Both the position numbers and the translations under genes were made by a program. This document shows positions 10,009 to 19,840 of a stretch of DNA of 64,000 nt, in pieces (within the stretch, counting starts at the first letter, position 1; each line of letters starts with the position of its first letter). Source of the DNA: Candidatus Liptonbacteria bacterium (GTDB taxonomy: Bacteria > Patescibacteriota > Minisyncoccia > UBA6257 > 2-01-FULL-56-20); the NCBI GenBank assembly GCA_016186635.1, contig JACPLI010000020.1, positions 3,548-67,547 of the forward strand, in the 5' to 3' direction. Below the pieces are notes generated by a model. That model did not search any database. It had not been told where the DNA came from and was given only the letters and a program-made list of their open reading frames with translations.

Positions 10009-11850
10009 ATGAATTCTCAGGCTCGGCAGTGTCAGAATTGCAAATCAAGGTTTTTAATCGAGCAGGATGACCTTGCATTTTATGAGAAATTGTCCGCCAA
10101 AGGCGGATCCGCCTCCGGCGGAAAAGTCCCGCTTCCGACCTTCTGCTGGCTCTGCCGTGCCCAGCGGCGGATGGCGTTTCGGAACGAGCGTGTTCTCTAT
10201 AAACGGAAGAGTGATTTTTCCGGGAAGGATATCTTCAGCATGTATGCCCCTGACTCAGGGTACAAAGTGTATGAAAAAGATATATGGGTGAGCGACCAAT
10301 GGGACCCGCTCACGTACGGCAGGGATTATGATTTCAACCGCCCGTTCTTCGAGCAGTTTAATGAGCTTTTGCACGCGGTGCCGCTTAAAAATCTGAACGT
10401 GGTGAACGGCGTACGGAGCGATTACAGCAACAATTTCACCGACCCGAAGAATTGCTATCTCTGCTTCAACGGCAATAATTCCGAGGATTGCATGTACAGC
10501 CACGGGCTTACACAATGCCGGGATTGCGTGGATGTGTCGCATCTTGCAAAGAGCGAGTCGTGCTATGACTGTTTCTGGGTGACTTCCGGGAACCGGAATG
10601 TGGGTTGTGTGAATTGCGAGAACTCTTTCAATATGTGGTTTTCGAAGAATTGCGTTGGCTGCTCAGACTGCGTGGGATGCGCGGGACTCCGGAAAAAGCA
10701 GTATTGCATTTGGAACGAGCAGTACTCAAAAGAGGAATATTTGGCAAAGCTCAAGGAATTAAATTTGGGCTCGCATACGCAGTATGAAAAAGCGAAAGCC
10801 AAAGCGAAAGAGTTTTGGCTGAAGTTCCCGAACAAATTTCTCGAGGGGCTTCATAATGCGCGCGTGAGCGGGAACTATATTGACCAATCGAAGAACGTGC
10901 GTAACTCGTTCCTCGTGCGCGAAGGAGAAAACCTGAAGTTTTGCCAGTATCTTCAGGAAACGCCGGGCTCGAAAGATTGCTACGACTGGTCCATCTGGGG
11001 CGACAACGGCCAGCTTATGTATGAATGCCACGCGTGCGGCATCGGGACGCAGAATGTGAAATTCTGCCTTTTCACGCAGGAGGATTCGCACGACATTGAA
11101 TACTCGATGGTCTGCAGCGGCGCGAGCTACCTTTTCGGATGCGTGGGCGTGCGGAAGAAGCAATACTGCATTTTGAATAAGCAGTATACGAAGGACGAAT
11201 ATGAGAAACGTGCGGCAAAGATCCGGGCGCACATGGACGAGGTGCCCTATAAAGATAAGGCAGGGAGAGTATACAAGTACGGCGAGTTTTTCCCGATAGA
11301 GTTGAGTCCCGTGGGGTACAACGAATCCATGGCGCAGGAGTATTTCCCTCTGGGGAAGGAAGAAATAGTTGCGCAGGGATATGCATGGCGCGACACTGCC
11401 GCGCGGGACTATAAGCCCACGAAGCGCCCGGGTGAACTGCCGGACGGCATTGCCGAAGCGCCGGACTCGATTGTGAACGAGGTGATTGCGTGTGCCCATT
11501 CGACAAGCTCATGGCAAGGCGCCAACGGGGGAATGTGCAACCAGCTGTGCACCACCGCGTTCCGCATTCTTCCCGATGAGCTTACGTTTTACCGCAAACT
11601 TGGCGTGCCTCTCCCGCGGCTTTGCCACAACTGCCGGACGTTCGAGCGGTTGAGACACCGCACAGGACTGCAGTTGTATGCGCGGCAGTGCGAATGTAAC
11701 GGGGCACAATCGAAGAACGGCGCGTATGAGAATACCGTCGCGCACTTTCACGCCGTTGCGGCTTGCCCCAACCGGTTTGAAACGGCATACGGACCAGACA
11801 GGAAAGAAATCATCTACTGCGAGCAATGTTATCAGGCGGAAGTCGTGTAG
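10009..11850 (+). CDS. Cys-rich hypothetical protein with terminal zinc ribbons (family typical of CPR)
   Basis: CQNC N-terminus, PTFCWLC, Cys-rich repeats, YCEQCY C-terminus. Confidence 0.85.
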   Translation: MNSQARQCQNCKSRFLIEQDDLAFYEKLSAKGGSASGGKVPLPTFCWLCRAQRRMAFRNERVLYKRKSDFSGKDIFSMYAPDSGYKVYEKDIWVSDQWDPLTYGRDYDFNRPFFEQFNELLHAVPLKNLNVVNGVRSDYSNNFTDPKNCYLCFNGNNSEDCMYSHGLTQCRDCVDVSHLAKSESCYDCFWVTSGNRNVGCVNCENSFNMWFSKNCVGCSDCVGCAGLRKKQYCIWNEQYSKEEYLAKLKELNLGSHTQYEKAKAKAKEFWLKFPNKFLEGLHNARVSGNYIDQSKNVRNSFLVREGENLKFCQYLQETPGSKDCYDWSIWGDNGQLMYECHACGIGTQNVKFCLFTQEDSHDIEYSMVCSGASYLFGCVGVRKKQYCILNKQYTKDEYEKRAAKIRAHMDEVPYKDKAGRVYKYGEFFPIELSPVGYNESMAQEYFPLGKEEIVAQGYAWRDTAARDYKPTKRPGELPDGIAEAPDSIVNEVIACAHSTSSWQGANGGMCNQLCTTAFRILPDELTFYRKLGVPLPRLCHNCRTFERLRHRTGLQLYARQCECNGAQSKNGAYENTVAHFHAVAACPNRFETAYGPDRKEIIYCEQCYQAEVV

Positions 11851-11890
11851 AAGTCCCAATATTTGGAGCGTGTGAGGTATTATAGCAGTT

Positions 11891-13672
11891 ATGAGCGTTG
11901 CGGAGAGGAGGTCTTGCCAGAGTTGCAGGAGCCAGTTCATGATTGAGCCGGAAGACTTTGATTTCTACAAGAAAATCCAGGTCCCGCCGCCCACATGGTG
12001 CCCGGAGTGCCGCTACCGGAGGAGGTTAAGCTGGAGAAACACGTGGCATCTCTTCAAGAAGAAAGACGCCCGCACTGGCGAGGAAATATTCTCGCTGTTT
12101 CCCGAGGAGAGTCCGGTGAAAATTTACGAAAAGGAGTATTGGAACGGGGACGCATGGGACCCGATGGAGTACGGGCGGGAGTATGATTTCACCCAGACGT
12201 TTTTCAGCCAGTTTCGGGAGTTGATGCGCACGGTGCCGTTCCCCGCGCATTCCGTGACAAACCTTTCGAACTGCCAGTACTGCACGAACGCGAACGGCTT
12301 GAAAAACTGCTATCTTGTCCGCGCCTCGACGCTCACGGAGGATTCCCTGTATCTCATTTGGGACCACATGTCGAAACGCTGCCTTGACAGTCACATGACG
12401 AACCGGTGCGAATTGAGTTGCGGGAACATCAATACTCTCCGGTGCTATAAAACCTTCTTCTCGGCGGATTGCGAGGACTGCCAGAACGTCACGCTTTCGA
12501 AGGACTGCGTGGGGTGCAATAACTGTTTCGGCTGCATCGGGCTCCGCAATAAGTCGTACTACATTTGGAACAAGCCGTACACAAAGGAAACCTACGCGGG
12601 GGAGTTGAAGAAGCTCGACATCGGCTCGGCGAAAACCCTCGAAGAATTGCGGCAGAGAGCATATGCGCATTGGAAGAAGTTTCCGCACAAATTTATGCAC
12701 GGGCGGCAGAACGCAGGAGTAAGCGGGGATTATATTTCGGCATCCAAGAATGCGACACACTGCTTTCGTGTCCGCGGCACGGAAGACTCGAAGTTTTGCC
12801 AAAACTTTCTCGATGGGCCCGCGAAGCAGTGCTATGACTATTCGAATTGGGGCGAGAATGCGGAACTCGTGTATGAGTGCCTTATCGCGGGGATGGGCGT
12901 CTACAACCTCCGTTTTTGCTGGAACAACTTTCCGAATGTTAAAAATCTGGAGTATTGCATCTTCTGCCCCAGTTCATCCGATTGCTTCGGCTGTGTGGGG
13001 TTAAAGAAGAAGCAATATTGCATTTTCAATATGCAGTATGCGAAAGATGAGTATGAGAAGTTGAGGAAGAAGATAATCGCGCATATGAACGAGGCGCCTT
13101 ACACCGACAGCGCGGGGAGAGCATACCGTTACGGCGAATTTTTCCCGCCGGAACTCTCGCCGTTTCCCTACGAGGCCACCGAGGCGTACGAGTTTTTTCC
13201 GAGAACAGAGGGGGAAGCCCGCCGGGAGGGATTTGTGTGGTATCCCGTGAAGAAGCAGTCGTACGCCGTTACACTCCAGAGTCCGGCAATTCCCGACTCC
13301 ATCAAGGAGGTCAAGGACATTCTGGACGAAGTAATCGAATGCGCCCATAAGGGGGAATGCAAGGAGGAATGTACGGGCGCGTTTCGCATCGTCCGCGACG
13401 AAATTGAGTTTTATCGGCAGATGAATATCGCGCTCCCGCGGCTTTGCCCGAACTGCCGTCACTATAGCCGCCTCGCGCTCCGCAACCCGCCGAAGTTTTT
13501 CACTCGGCAGTGCCAGTGCGGGGGAGCGGCATCGGAAGATGGAGTGTACGCAAATGCCGTGGAGCATTTCCACGGGGACGGGCATTGTCAAAACGAGTTT
13601 GAAACCTCATATTCCCCGGAAAGGTCGGAAATAGTGTACTGCGAGCAGTGCTATCAAGCCGAGGTTGCATGA
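11891..13672 (+). CDS. Tandem paralog of the preceding Cys-rich protein
   Basis: Same architecture (CQSC, PPTWCPEC, YGEFFP, PRLC, YCEQCY). Confidence 0.85.
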   Translation: MSVAERRSCQSCRSQFMIEPEDFDFYKKIQVPPPTWCPECRYRRRLSWRNTWHLFKKKDARTGEEIFSLFPEESPVKIYEKEYWNGDAWDPMEYGREYDFTQTFFSQFRELMRTVPFPAHSVTNLSNCQYCTNANGLKNCYLVRASTLTEDSLYLIWDHMSKRCLDSHMTNRCELSCGNINTLRCYKTFFSADCEDCQNVTLSKDCVGCNNCFGCIGLRNKSYYIWNKPYTKETYAGELKKLDIGSAKTLEELRQRAYAHWKKFPHKFMHGRQNAGVSGDYISASKNATHCFRVRGTEDSKFCQNFLDGPAKQCYDYSNWGENAELVYECLIAGMGVYNLRFCWNNFPNVKNLEYCIFCPSSSDCFGCVGLKKKQYCIFNMQYAKDEYEKLRKKIIAHMNEAPYTDSAGRAYRYGEFFPPELSPFPYEATEAYEFFPRTEGEARREGFVWYPVKKQSYAVTLQSPAIPDSIKEVKDILDEVIECAHKGECKEECTGAFRIVRDEIEFYRQMNIALPRLCPNCRHYSRLALRNPPKFFTRQCQCGGAASEDGVYANAVEHFHGDGHCQNEFETSYSPERSEIVYCEQCYQAEVA

Positions 13673-13719
13673 CTCCAAATGCCGGAACGCAAGTTCCTCA
13701 AGTGGTGGAATTGGAAGGA

Positions 13720-13864
13720 TTGACAGGGAAGGAATAGCGGGGTATCCTTTTACAAATGTTTCTGACATTCATACAAACAGTAATTGTTCGCCGGAGCCGC
13801 CGTATCTAGAACGGGCGGTCTTTTAAAGTACATCAGCAAAAACCGCCCGCAAGGCGGTTTTTGC
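13720..13864 (+). promoter_or_regulatory. Promoter plus leader-peptide attenuator (MFLTFIQTVIVRRSRRI, 13756-13809)
   Basis: TTGACA-17-TATCCT; terminator 13836-13864; alternative pairing GGGCGGT(13813)/ACCGCCC(13842). Confidence 0.7.
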
Positions 13865-13986
13865 TTGGAAAAGGCGATACTCTCCGAAAGCTTCTGGCAC
13901 ACTCTCATATCTTCTCTTCCAGCCCGAAAACGCTCATTCACAAATTCTCCGCGGGCTGGCGGAGAAGACAAACGAAAGGATTAGTG

Positions 13987-14673
13987 ATGACTAAGATTAG
14001 AATTGATACTGCAACGACGTTCACGCCCCACGACCTGCTTGAAAGACTTCTTGTGGTTGAAGAAAAGGCATGGAGCGCTCAGGGGAATGCAATCGCGGCT
14101 TCGGCGGAAAAAATAAGAAGGCGAGTTATGACTTTCCCCGAGGGAGTAGTTATTGCCTGCGACGAAGGCAAACCGGAACTGCCGGTGGCGGGGTCGCAAT
14201 ACTTCTTCCGCTTTGACTGGGACAAGGATTTGAGTCGGCTCACGAGCTGGGAAGAAGCGACGCACAATGGCAATACGTGGGAAGTACACAGGGACGACGG
14301 CACTACGGGTTTCCTCGTGGGCGTCGGAGTTGTGCCGGAATACCGGGGAATGCGCGTAAGCCATAACTTGCGTTTTGGTGAGCATAAAATCTCGGAGTTG
14401 CTTATCGCTTTTGTGCTCGACTCCTTGTTCAATGCGGGAGTGGAACGGGTTATCGCCAATGCCCGGATTCCCTTCTATCACAAAGTCGGGAGTGAAATGA
14501 GGGTTGAAGCGTACTGCGCATTCAGGCAGGAGGGAAAACTTTTCGACCCGGTGCTCCGCTTCCACGAGCGGATGGGCGCGAAAATCCTGAAGCCGGTTTC
14601 GTACAGCATGGACGACCCGGAATCTCGAAATGGAGGCTGCTGGGTTGTTTACGAGAGGAGGTTCGAGAGTTAA
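13987..14673 (+). CDS. GNAT-family N-acetyltransferase-like protein
   Basis: VGVVPEYRG, ARIP.Y, DPVLRFH..MG and DPES motifs. Confidence 0.75.
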   Translation: MTKIRIDTATTFTPHDLLERLLVVEEKAWSAQGNAIAASAEKIRRRVMTFPEGVVIACDEGKPELPVAGSQYFFRFDWDKDLSRLTSWEEATHNGNTWEVHRDDGTTGFLVGVGVVPEYRGMRVSHNLRFGEHKISELLIAFVLDSLFNAGVERVIANARIPFYHKVGSEMRVEAYCAFRQEGKLFDPVLRFHERMGAKILKPVSYSMDDPESRNGGCWVVYERRFES

Positions 14674-14716
14674 TCTTCGTGTGGGGAGTCGTTGTGCGCT
14701 CCCCGCACAACCATTT

Positions 14717-15433
14717 ATGAAGTTCAAAATTCAAAAAGTATCAAAAGAAATCTATAAGGTAACAGAGCCTTATTTTTTGGAATACGCGAATATTTTCGTG
14801 TTTTGCGGTAAATCGTTTGACTTGGTTGTTGACGGTGGAATCGGTCTTGAAGATATAAAGTCTTTTCTCGTTTCCAAAGGCTTTAATCCAAGGCTTTTTT
14901 TGACGCATGGGCATTTTGACCATTGCGGGGGACTTCGATATTTTGAGGCGAATGATGTTCTAATGATGCCGAAAATAAGGGAAAATTTGGGCAACCGAGA
15001 ACTGCTGGGACTGGATTATCTGGATGCCAAATATTTCGTGCAGGATGCGGGAAAAGTTTTGAAGGCCGACATCCCGTCACTTGTCTCCGGCTTCCGAGTT
15101 TTTTTGCCGGAGAACGTGCAGGCATACAAAGGAAAGACAATTTCAAACGGGAGTTTTTCATTTGAGACTATTCACATGCCGGGGCATACGGATGATTCGT
15201 ACGTTCTCTTTGAGAAAACAAAAAGAATACTCGTAACGGGAGATGCGTTATATGATGGCGAAATATATACTTCTTTCTCTAATTCAAATACGCAAGATTT
15301 TCTTGCGTCGCTCAAAAAAATGAGGAAGCTGGATTTTGATGTTGTGTTACCCGGGCATAATGAGATAATGGATAGAAAGCATGCATTGGGAGTTGTTGGC
15401 CGGTGGATTAGGATTCTTTCTCAAATGAAATGA
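14717..15433 (+). CDS. Metallo-beta-lactamase-fold hydrolase
   Basis: THGHFDHCGG, PGHT, TGD and PGH motifs. Confidence 0.92.
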   Translation: MKFKIQKVSKEIYKVTEPYFLEYANIFVFCGKSFDLVVDGGIGLEDIKSFLVSKGFNPRLFLTHGHFDHCGGLRYFEANDVLMMPKIRENLGNRELLGLDYLDAKYFVQDAGKVLKADIPSLVSGFRVFLPENVQAYKGKTISNGSFSFETIHMPGHTDDSYVLFEKTKRILVTGDALYDGEIYTSFSNSNTQDFLASLKKMRKLDFDVVLPGHNEIMDRKHALGVVGRWIRILSQMK

Positions 15434-15945
15434 AAATTATCCTCTACATGGCAATCACGGCGAACGGGTACATTGCCCGCGAGAACGGCGACACGCCGTG
15501 GTCGGAGGAAGAATTTAAGGCGTATTATGGATTTGTGAAGGAGAGGGGGAATGTCATGGTTGGCTGGAATACGTACGAGCTTATGAAAAGCGGAGGAGAG
15601 TTTGAGAAATGCGGCAATCCCTTTGTGGTAATAGTTTCAAGAGACAATAAGAATAAGAATGAGAATGAAGCGAACGCATGTTGTGCTTCCTCGCCGCGGG
15701 AAGCGGTTGAGGTTCTCGCAGGAAAAGGATTCAAGGAAGTCGTCGTGGGCGGCGGAGGGACCTTGAACGCCGGATTCTTGAAGGGAGGGTTGATTGACGA
15801 ACTCATTCTTGACGTCGAGCCGCTCATTTTCGGGAAGGGGATTAAGCTTTTCAAAGATACGGATATGGAGGCACGGCTAGAATTACTTGAAACTCGGGCG
15901 CTCTCAAAAAACACGGTTCGGCTTCGGTATAAAGTTGTAAAATAA
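15430..15945 (+). CDS. Dihydrofolate reductase/RibD C-terminal family protein
   Basis: MAITANGYIA, GGGG..N, LIDEL and P.IFGKG motifs. Confidence 0.88.
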   Translation: MKIILYMAITANGYIARENGDTPWSEEEFKAYYGFVKERGNVMVGWNTYELMKSGGEFEKCGNPFVVIVSRDNKNKNENEANACCASSPREAVEVLAGKGFKEVVVGGGGTLNAGFLKGGLIDELILDVEPLIFGKGIKLFKDTDMEARLELLETRALSKNTVRLRYKVVK

Positions 15946-15956
15946 TACATACACTC

Positions 15957-15992
15957 AAGGTCGAACCTTGGGGATTCTAAAGGTTCGACCTT
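15957..15992. repeat. Paired AAGGTCGAACCTT/AAGGTTCGACCTT palindromic repeat; also near 29951, 31652, 35468, 35741, 39718, 45236 and 45471
   Basis: Read directly at multiple loci. Confidence 0.85.
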
Positions 15993-15997
15993 ATACA

Positions 15998-16264
15998 ATG
16001 GCAACAATCAAAAAGAAAATCTGGCCGGAGTATTTTGATGCGGTCGCCTCCGGCAAGAAGAAATTTGAGCTGCGGCTGAATGACCTCGAGGTGCATGAGG
16101 GCGACACCCTTCTACTCGAGGAGTGGGACCCGAAAACAAAAGTGTATACGGGGAGAACGGTTGAGAAAAAGGTGGGTTATGTTTTTAAGTTCAAGATGAG
16201 TGCGCTGTTTTGGCCCGAAGAAGAGGTAAAAGCAAAGGGATTGCAGATTATGTCAATCGAGTGA
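15998..16264 (+). CDS. ASCH/DUF3850-like protein
   Basis: KIWPEYF..V.SGKKKFELR and GD.L.L.EW motifs. Confidence 0.85.
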   Translation: MATIKKKIWPEYFDAVASGKKKFELRLNDLEVHEGDTLLLEEWDPKTKVYTGRTVEKKVGYVFKFKMSALFWPEEEVKAKGLQIMSIE

Positions 16265-16355
16265 TACTTAAAATGCCCTTTCACAACATACCAACATACT
16301 GGAGTATGTTGGTATGTCGTCGCCTTGAGTAATTGATGTGGAGGAGACGGAAACA

Positions 16356-16820
16356 ATGAAAAAAATTCTCACGCTTTGCCTCGTGCATCAGCCGTCGCGG
16401 TTGCTTCTCGGCATGAAAAAGCGGGGGTTCGGTGCGGGGCGGTGGAATGGGTTCGGCGGGAAGGTAAAAGAAGGAGAAACAATCGAGGAGGCGATGCAAC
16501 GGGAAGTGCGCGAGGAAGCGGGGATTGAAGTGCGAGACGCCGTGAAGGCGGGCATTATCAAGTTCGAGTTCCAGGGCAATCCGGAAATTCTTGAGGTGCA
16601 TATTTTTCGCGCGACGGAGTTTACCGGAGCGCCGAGTGAAAGCGACGAGATGAAGCCGCGATGGTATGGGGTAAAAGAGATTCCGTACGACGAGATGTGG
16701 CCCGATGATAAATACTGGTTGCCGCTTTTTCTCGAGGGGAAAAAATGTAAAGGGAGGTTTCTATTCGGCGAAGGGGACTCGATTCTCGAACACTCGCTTG
16801 AAACGGTCGAGATGCTATGA
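16356..16820 (+). CDS. NUDIX hydrolase, MTH1-like 8-oxo-dGTPase
   Basis: KKRGFGAGRWNGFGGK, REVREEAG and MWPDD motifs. Confidence 0.92.
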   Translation: MKKILTLCLVHQPSRLLLGMKKRGFGAGRWNGFGGKVKEGETIEEAMQREVREEAGIEVRDAVKAGIIKFEFQGNPEILEVHIFRATEFTGAPSESDEMKPRWYGVKEIPYDEMWPDDKYWLPLFLEGKKCKGRFLFGEGDSILEHSLETVEML

Positions 16821-17311
16821 CTACATTTGTTCCAAAGCCGGGGCAAGTTGATTACACGCACGCTGCGCGCGCGCCAGTCATCAATTGTGTGGTAGAGCAT
16901 GATGGAAAAATTCTGCTTGTAAAGCGGAGCAGGAAACTCAATTTGCATCCGGGAGTATGGAATGGCGTGAGCGGGTTCCTTGACGACGGGAAAAGTCCGA
17001 TGGAGAAGGCGAAGGAGGAACTTCTCGAGGAAGCGGGCATTTCACCGGAGCAGATTATCTCCATGGAGGAGGGAAAGGTTTTTGAGGTGAGAGATGGGGC
17101 ATACGGCAAGACGTGGGTGACGCACCCCGTGCATGTGAAAGTGGCTACCGATGCGGTGAAGCTTGATTGGGAAGCGGAGGAGTATCGGTGGGTTGCGCCT
17201 GCGGAGATAAAAGGATTGGCGCTTACCCCGGGGTTTCTGAACGTATTGGACCAATTCTTCGGCAAAACAGCACACCTGTCATCCCCGCGCACGCGGGGAT
17301 CCATGCCCTAG
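16817..17311 (+). CDS. NUDIX hydrolase
   Basis: ILLVKRS and SG.....A.EEL.EEAG Nudix box; C-terminus runs into a palindromic repeat. Confidence 0.85.
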   Translation: MTTFVPKPGQVDYTHAARAPVINCVVEHDGKILLVKRSRKLNLHPGVWNGVSGFLDDGKSPMEKAKEELLEEAGISPEQIISMEEGKVFEVRDGAYGKTWVTHPVHVKVATDAVKLDWEAEEYRWVAPAEIKGLALTPGFLNVLDQFFGKTAHLSSPRTRGSMP

Positions 17312-17442
17312 ATTCCCGCTGGAGCCTGCCCTCGACTACGATCGGGGGCGGAAATGACAAGCATGCATCATGGTGTGAAGGGATAGCTGTGGATAACTCC
17401 GCTTGACGCCCTTTTGTGTGGTGCTACTATTCAAATATTCGT

Positions 17443-17766
17443 ATGAATATTGTAATAGATAAAGCAGCGCGTGGTGCAGCAATGTCAGCGCCCGCGCTCC
17501 TCAAAAAGTCCCGTCTTCTCGCACTCGCGGGGGACCCAACGCGGGTCAAAATCTTTTGCTTTATGTTTGAGCGCAAGGAGGGATGCGTGTCGGATGTCGC
17601 CGCGGCGCTCCGGATGAGCATCTCAAGCGTGTCGCACCATCTTCGGCTTATGCGCGATAACGGTCTCCTTACCGCGCACCGGATGGGTAACAACATCTGT
17701 TATCACCTTGTGCGCAATTCGTTTACCAAAGCGCTTGAGGAGTTGATTTGCAAAGTAAAGGTCTAA
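17443..17766 (+). CDS. ArsR/SmtB family regulator
   Basis: ALAGDPTR, CV, SSVSHHL motifs. Confidence 0.9.
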   Translation: MNIVIDKAARGAAMSAPALLKKSRLLALAGDPTRVKIFCFMFERKEGCVSDVAAALRMSISSVSHHLRLMRDNGLLTAHRMGNNICYHLVRNSFTKALEELICKVKV

Positions 17767-17785
17767 TACACAAAGAAATAAAACC

Positions 17786-18022
17786 ATGTCACACATTACC
17801 ATTTACACCACCCCCGGATGTGTTTATTGCAAGATGACTAAGGCATTCTTAAAGGAGCATAACATCAGCTATGACGAGAAAGACGTTTCGGCGGATGCGG
17901 CGGCGCGCGATGAGATGGTGGCAAAGTCCCAGCAAATGGGCGTGCCCGTCGTTGACATTGACGGCGCAATCGTTGTCGGTTTCGACAAGACGCGGCTTTC
18001 AGAACTACTCCACTTGCAATAA
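17786..18022 (+). CDS. Glutaredoxin-like (NrdH/YruB type) protein
   Basis: CVYC, GVPV and VGFD motifs. Confidence 0.92.
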   Translation: MSHITIYTTPGCVYCKMTKAFLKEHNISYDEKDVSADAAARDEMVAKSQQMGVPVVDIDGAIVVGFDKTRLSELLHLQ

Positions 18023-18025
18023 CTC

Positions 18026-18556
18026 ATGAGTACGAAAGCCATAGTCGGAGGAATTGCGCTTCTTGCAGTTGCCTTGCTTGTGGCAGGTGGCTTGAACAGC
18101 ACTTCGGTGCCCGCCAGTCCCTCTCTTCAAAGCGCCTCTCTTCAAAGCGTTGTGCGGAATGGCAACGTTCCCGATTTCAGTTTAGAGAAGTTAGACGGGG
18201 GCACTATCACGCTCTCCGAGTTCAGCGGCAAAAAGCCGGTGGTGGTGGATTTCTGGGCTTCATGGTGCCCGAACTGCCGCCGCGATATGCCCCGCCTCAA
18301 TGGTTTCTACGAGAAATACAAGGACAAGGTTGCAGTCGTCGGCGTGAATTTGCAGGAGAGCGCATCGACCGTACGGGATTTTATTGCATCCCGCGGCATT
18401 TCTTTCCCTATAGCGCTCGACCCGTATGGACAAGCATCGAATGCGTTCGGCGTTCGTTCCACCAACACGCATGTGCTCATACACAAAGACGGCACTGTGG
18501 CGCGCACCATTCCCGGCGACATACAGGAGTCGGATATCCTCTCTCTCATTGAGTAG
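18026..18556 (+). CDS. TlpA/ResA-like thiol-disulfide oxidoreductase
   Basis: N-terminal anchor, FWASWCPNC. Confidence 0.92.
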   Translation: MSTKAIVGGIALLAVALLVAGGLNSTSVPASPSLQSASLQSVVRNGNVPDFSLEKLDGGTITLSEFSGKKPVVVDFWASWCPNCRRDMPRLNGFYEKYKDKVAVVGVNLQESASTVRDFIASRGISFPIALDPYGQASNAFGVRSTNTHVLIHKDGTVARTIPGDIQESDILSLIE

Positions 18557-18561
18557 CTTTC

Positions 18562-19599
18562 ATGCAATCATCCAAAACAGTCATTACGTTCGGCATTTTT
18601 GCACTCGCCATACTCGCGGCGTTTGCGCTACTGCGCGGGACGTCAAAGAACGATGTTGCCCCACCTCGGGGTGCGGAAATTACAGAAAGAACGAATACGG
18701 TGAGCGGCGCGTCACGTTCTTTATCGGAGCGAGAAATTACGGTGACAAACGGTGTGAAACGCAGCATTTCCCTCGATGAAATCATCGGTGGCGGACCGCC
18801 GCAGGACGGGATTCCTCCGATTGACCATCCGAAGTTTGTTCCGGCGGCACAATCCTTGTTCCTCACGGATACCGACCCCGGCATCGCGCTTTCGATTGAC
18901 GGGGCGGAGCGGTTCTACCCGTTTCAGATTCTGGTCTGGCATGAGATTGTGAACGACACCGTGAATGGCCAGCGTGTACTCGTCACCTATTGTCCATTGT
19001 GTCTCTCTGGAATCGTGTTTGACCCCGTTGTCAAAGGCGAGCAGGTCGAGTTCGGCACTTCCGGCAAGTTGTGGAATTCAAATTTAGTGATGTATGACCG
19101 CAAAACCGATTCGTTGTGGTCGCAGATCTTGGGAGAAGCAATCGTGGGAGAAATGACCGGCACGCGACTTGAAGTTTTGCCGTCAGACCAGATTCGATTC
19201 GGCGACTGGCGGAAATCTCATCCGAGCGGCGAGGTTCTGTCGCGCGATACGGGAGCCACAAGATTTTATGGGCGAGACCCCTACGGCGACTACTACACGA
19301 AACCCGGCACATATTTCCCGGTCAGCAAGAAAGACAGCCGCTTGGGCGAAAAAGAGTTTATTTTGGGAATAGTAGTGAACGGCAAGGCCAAAGCGTACTG
19401 GCCGCCAGCCGTCAAAAAATCGGGAAGGGTTGAGGATGTGCTTCAAGGAAAAACTATTGTTGCGGAGTACGAAAAAGATATTGACGCGGTGCGTCTTTTT
19501 GAGAAGAAAAGCGACGGGGAGCTTATTCGCATCAATCCGTTCGGCTCGTTCTGGTTTTCGTGGGTGGCGGCGCATCAGGAAACTGAATTATTCAAATAG
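18562..19599 (+). CDS. DUF3179 family protein
   Basis: GGPP.DGIP, WHEIVND, TYCPLC, MYDR.T.SLWSQ and FWFSW motifs. Confidence 0.88.
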   Translation: MQSSKTVITFGIFALAILAAFALLRGTSKNDVAPPRGAEITERTNTVSGASRSLSEREITVTNGVKRSISLDEIIGGGPPQDGIPPIDHPKFVPAAQSLFLTDTDPGIALSIDGAERFYPFQILVWHEIVNDTVNGQRVLVTYCPLCLSGIVFDPVVKGEQVEFGTSGKLWNSNLVMYDRKTDSLWSQILGEAIVGEMTGTRLEVLPSDQIRFGDWRKSHPSGEVLSRDTGATRFYGRDPYGDYYTKPGTYFPVSKKDSRLGEKEFILGIVVNGKAKAYWPPAVKKSGRVEDVLQGKTIVAEYEKDIDAVRLFEKKSDGELIRINPFGSFWFSWVAAHQETELFK

Positions 19600-19609
19600 T
19601 AAAAATAAC

Positions 19610-19831
19610 ATGAATAGTGATGAGCAAAATATGAATGAATCTAGCGAAAATCAGCCCTATAAAGTGGGAAGTATAGTACCAGAAGACGGATGGTATGCTT
19701 GTGTTCCCTGCGGTAACAGAAAATATCTCAAAGCAGGGACACGTTTCGGAAGTTGCTTAATGTGTTTTGGTAAAGAGAAGAAAGAATTTCGCAAAGGATT
19801 TGAACTTTGGGAAAAGTTGGAATCAAAATAG
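19610..19831 (+). CDS. Small zinc-ribbon protein
   Basis: G.Y.CxxCG...CxxC in a 73-aa ORF from ATG 19610. Confidence 0.65.
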   Translation: MNSDEQNMNESSENQPYKVGSIVPEDGWYACVPCGNRKYLKAGTRFGSCLMCFGKEKKEFRKGFELWEKLESK

Positions 19832-19840
19832 GCAATCAAT

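Noticed and set aside
18562-19599. Selenocysteine recoding in DUF3179
   Set aside because: The motif is ordinary CPLC with no in-frame TGA.
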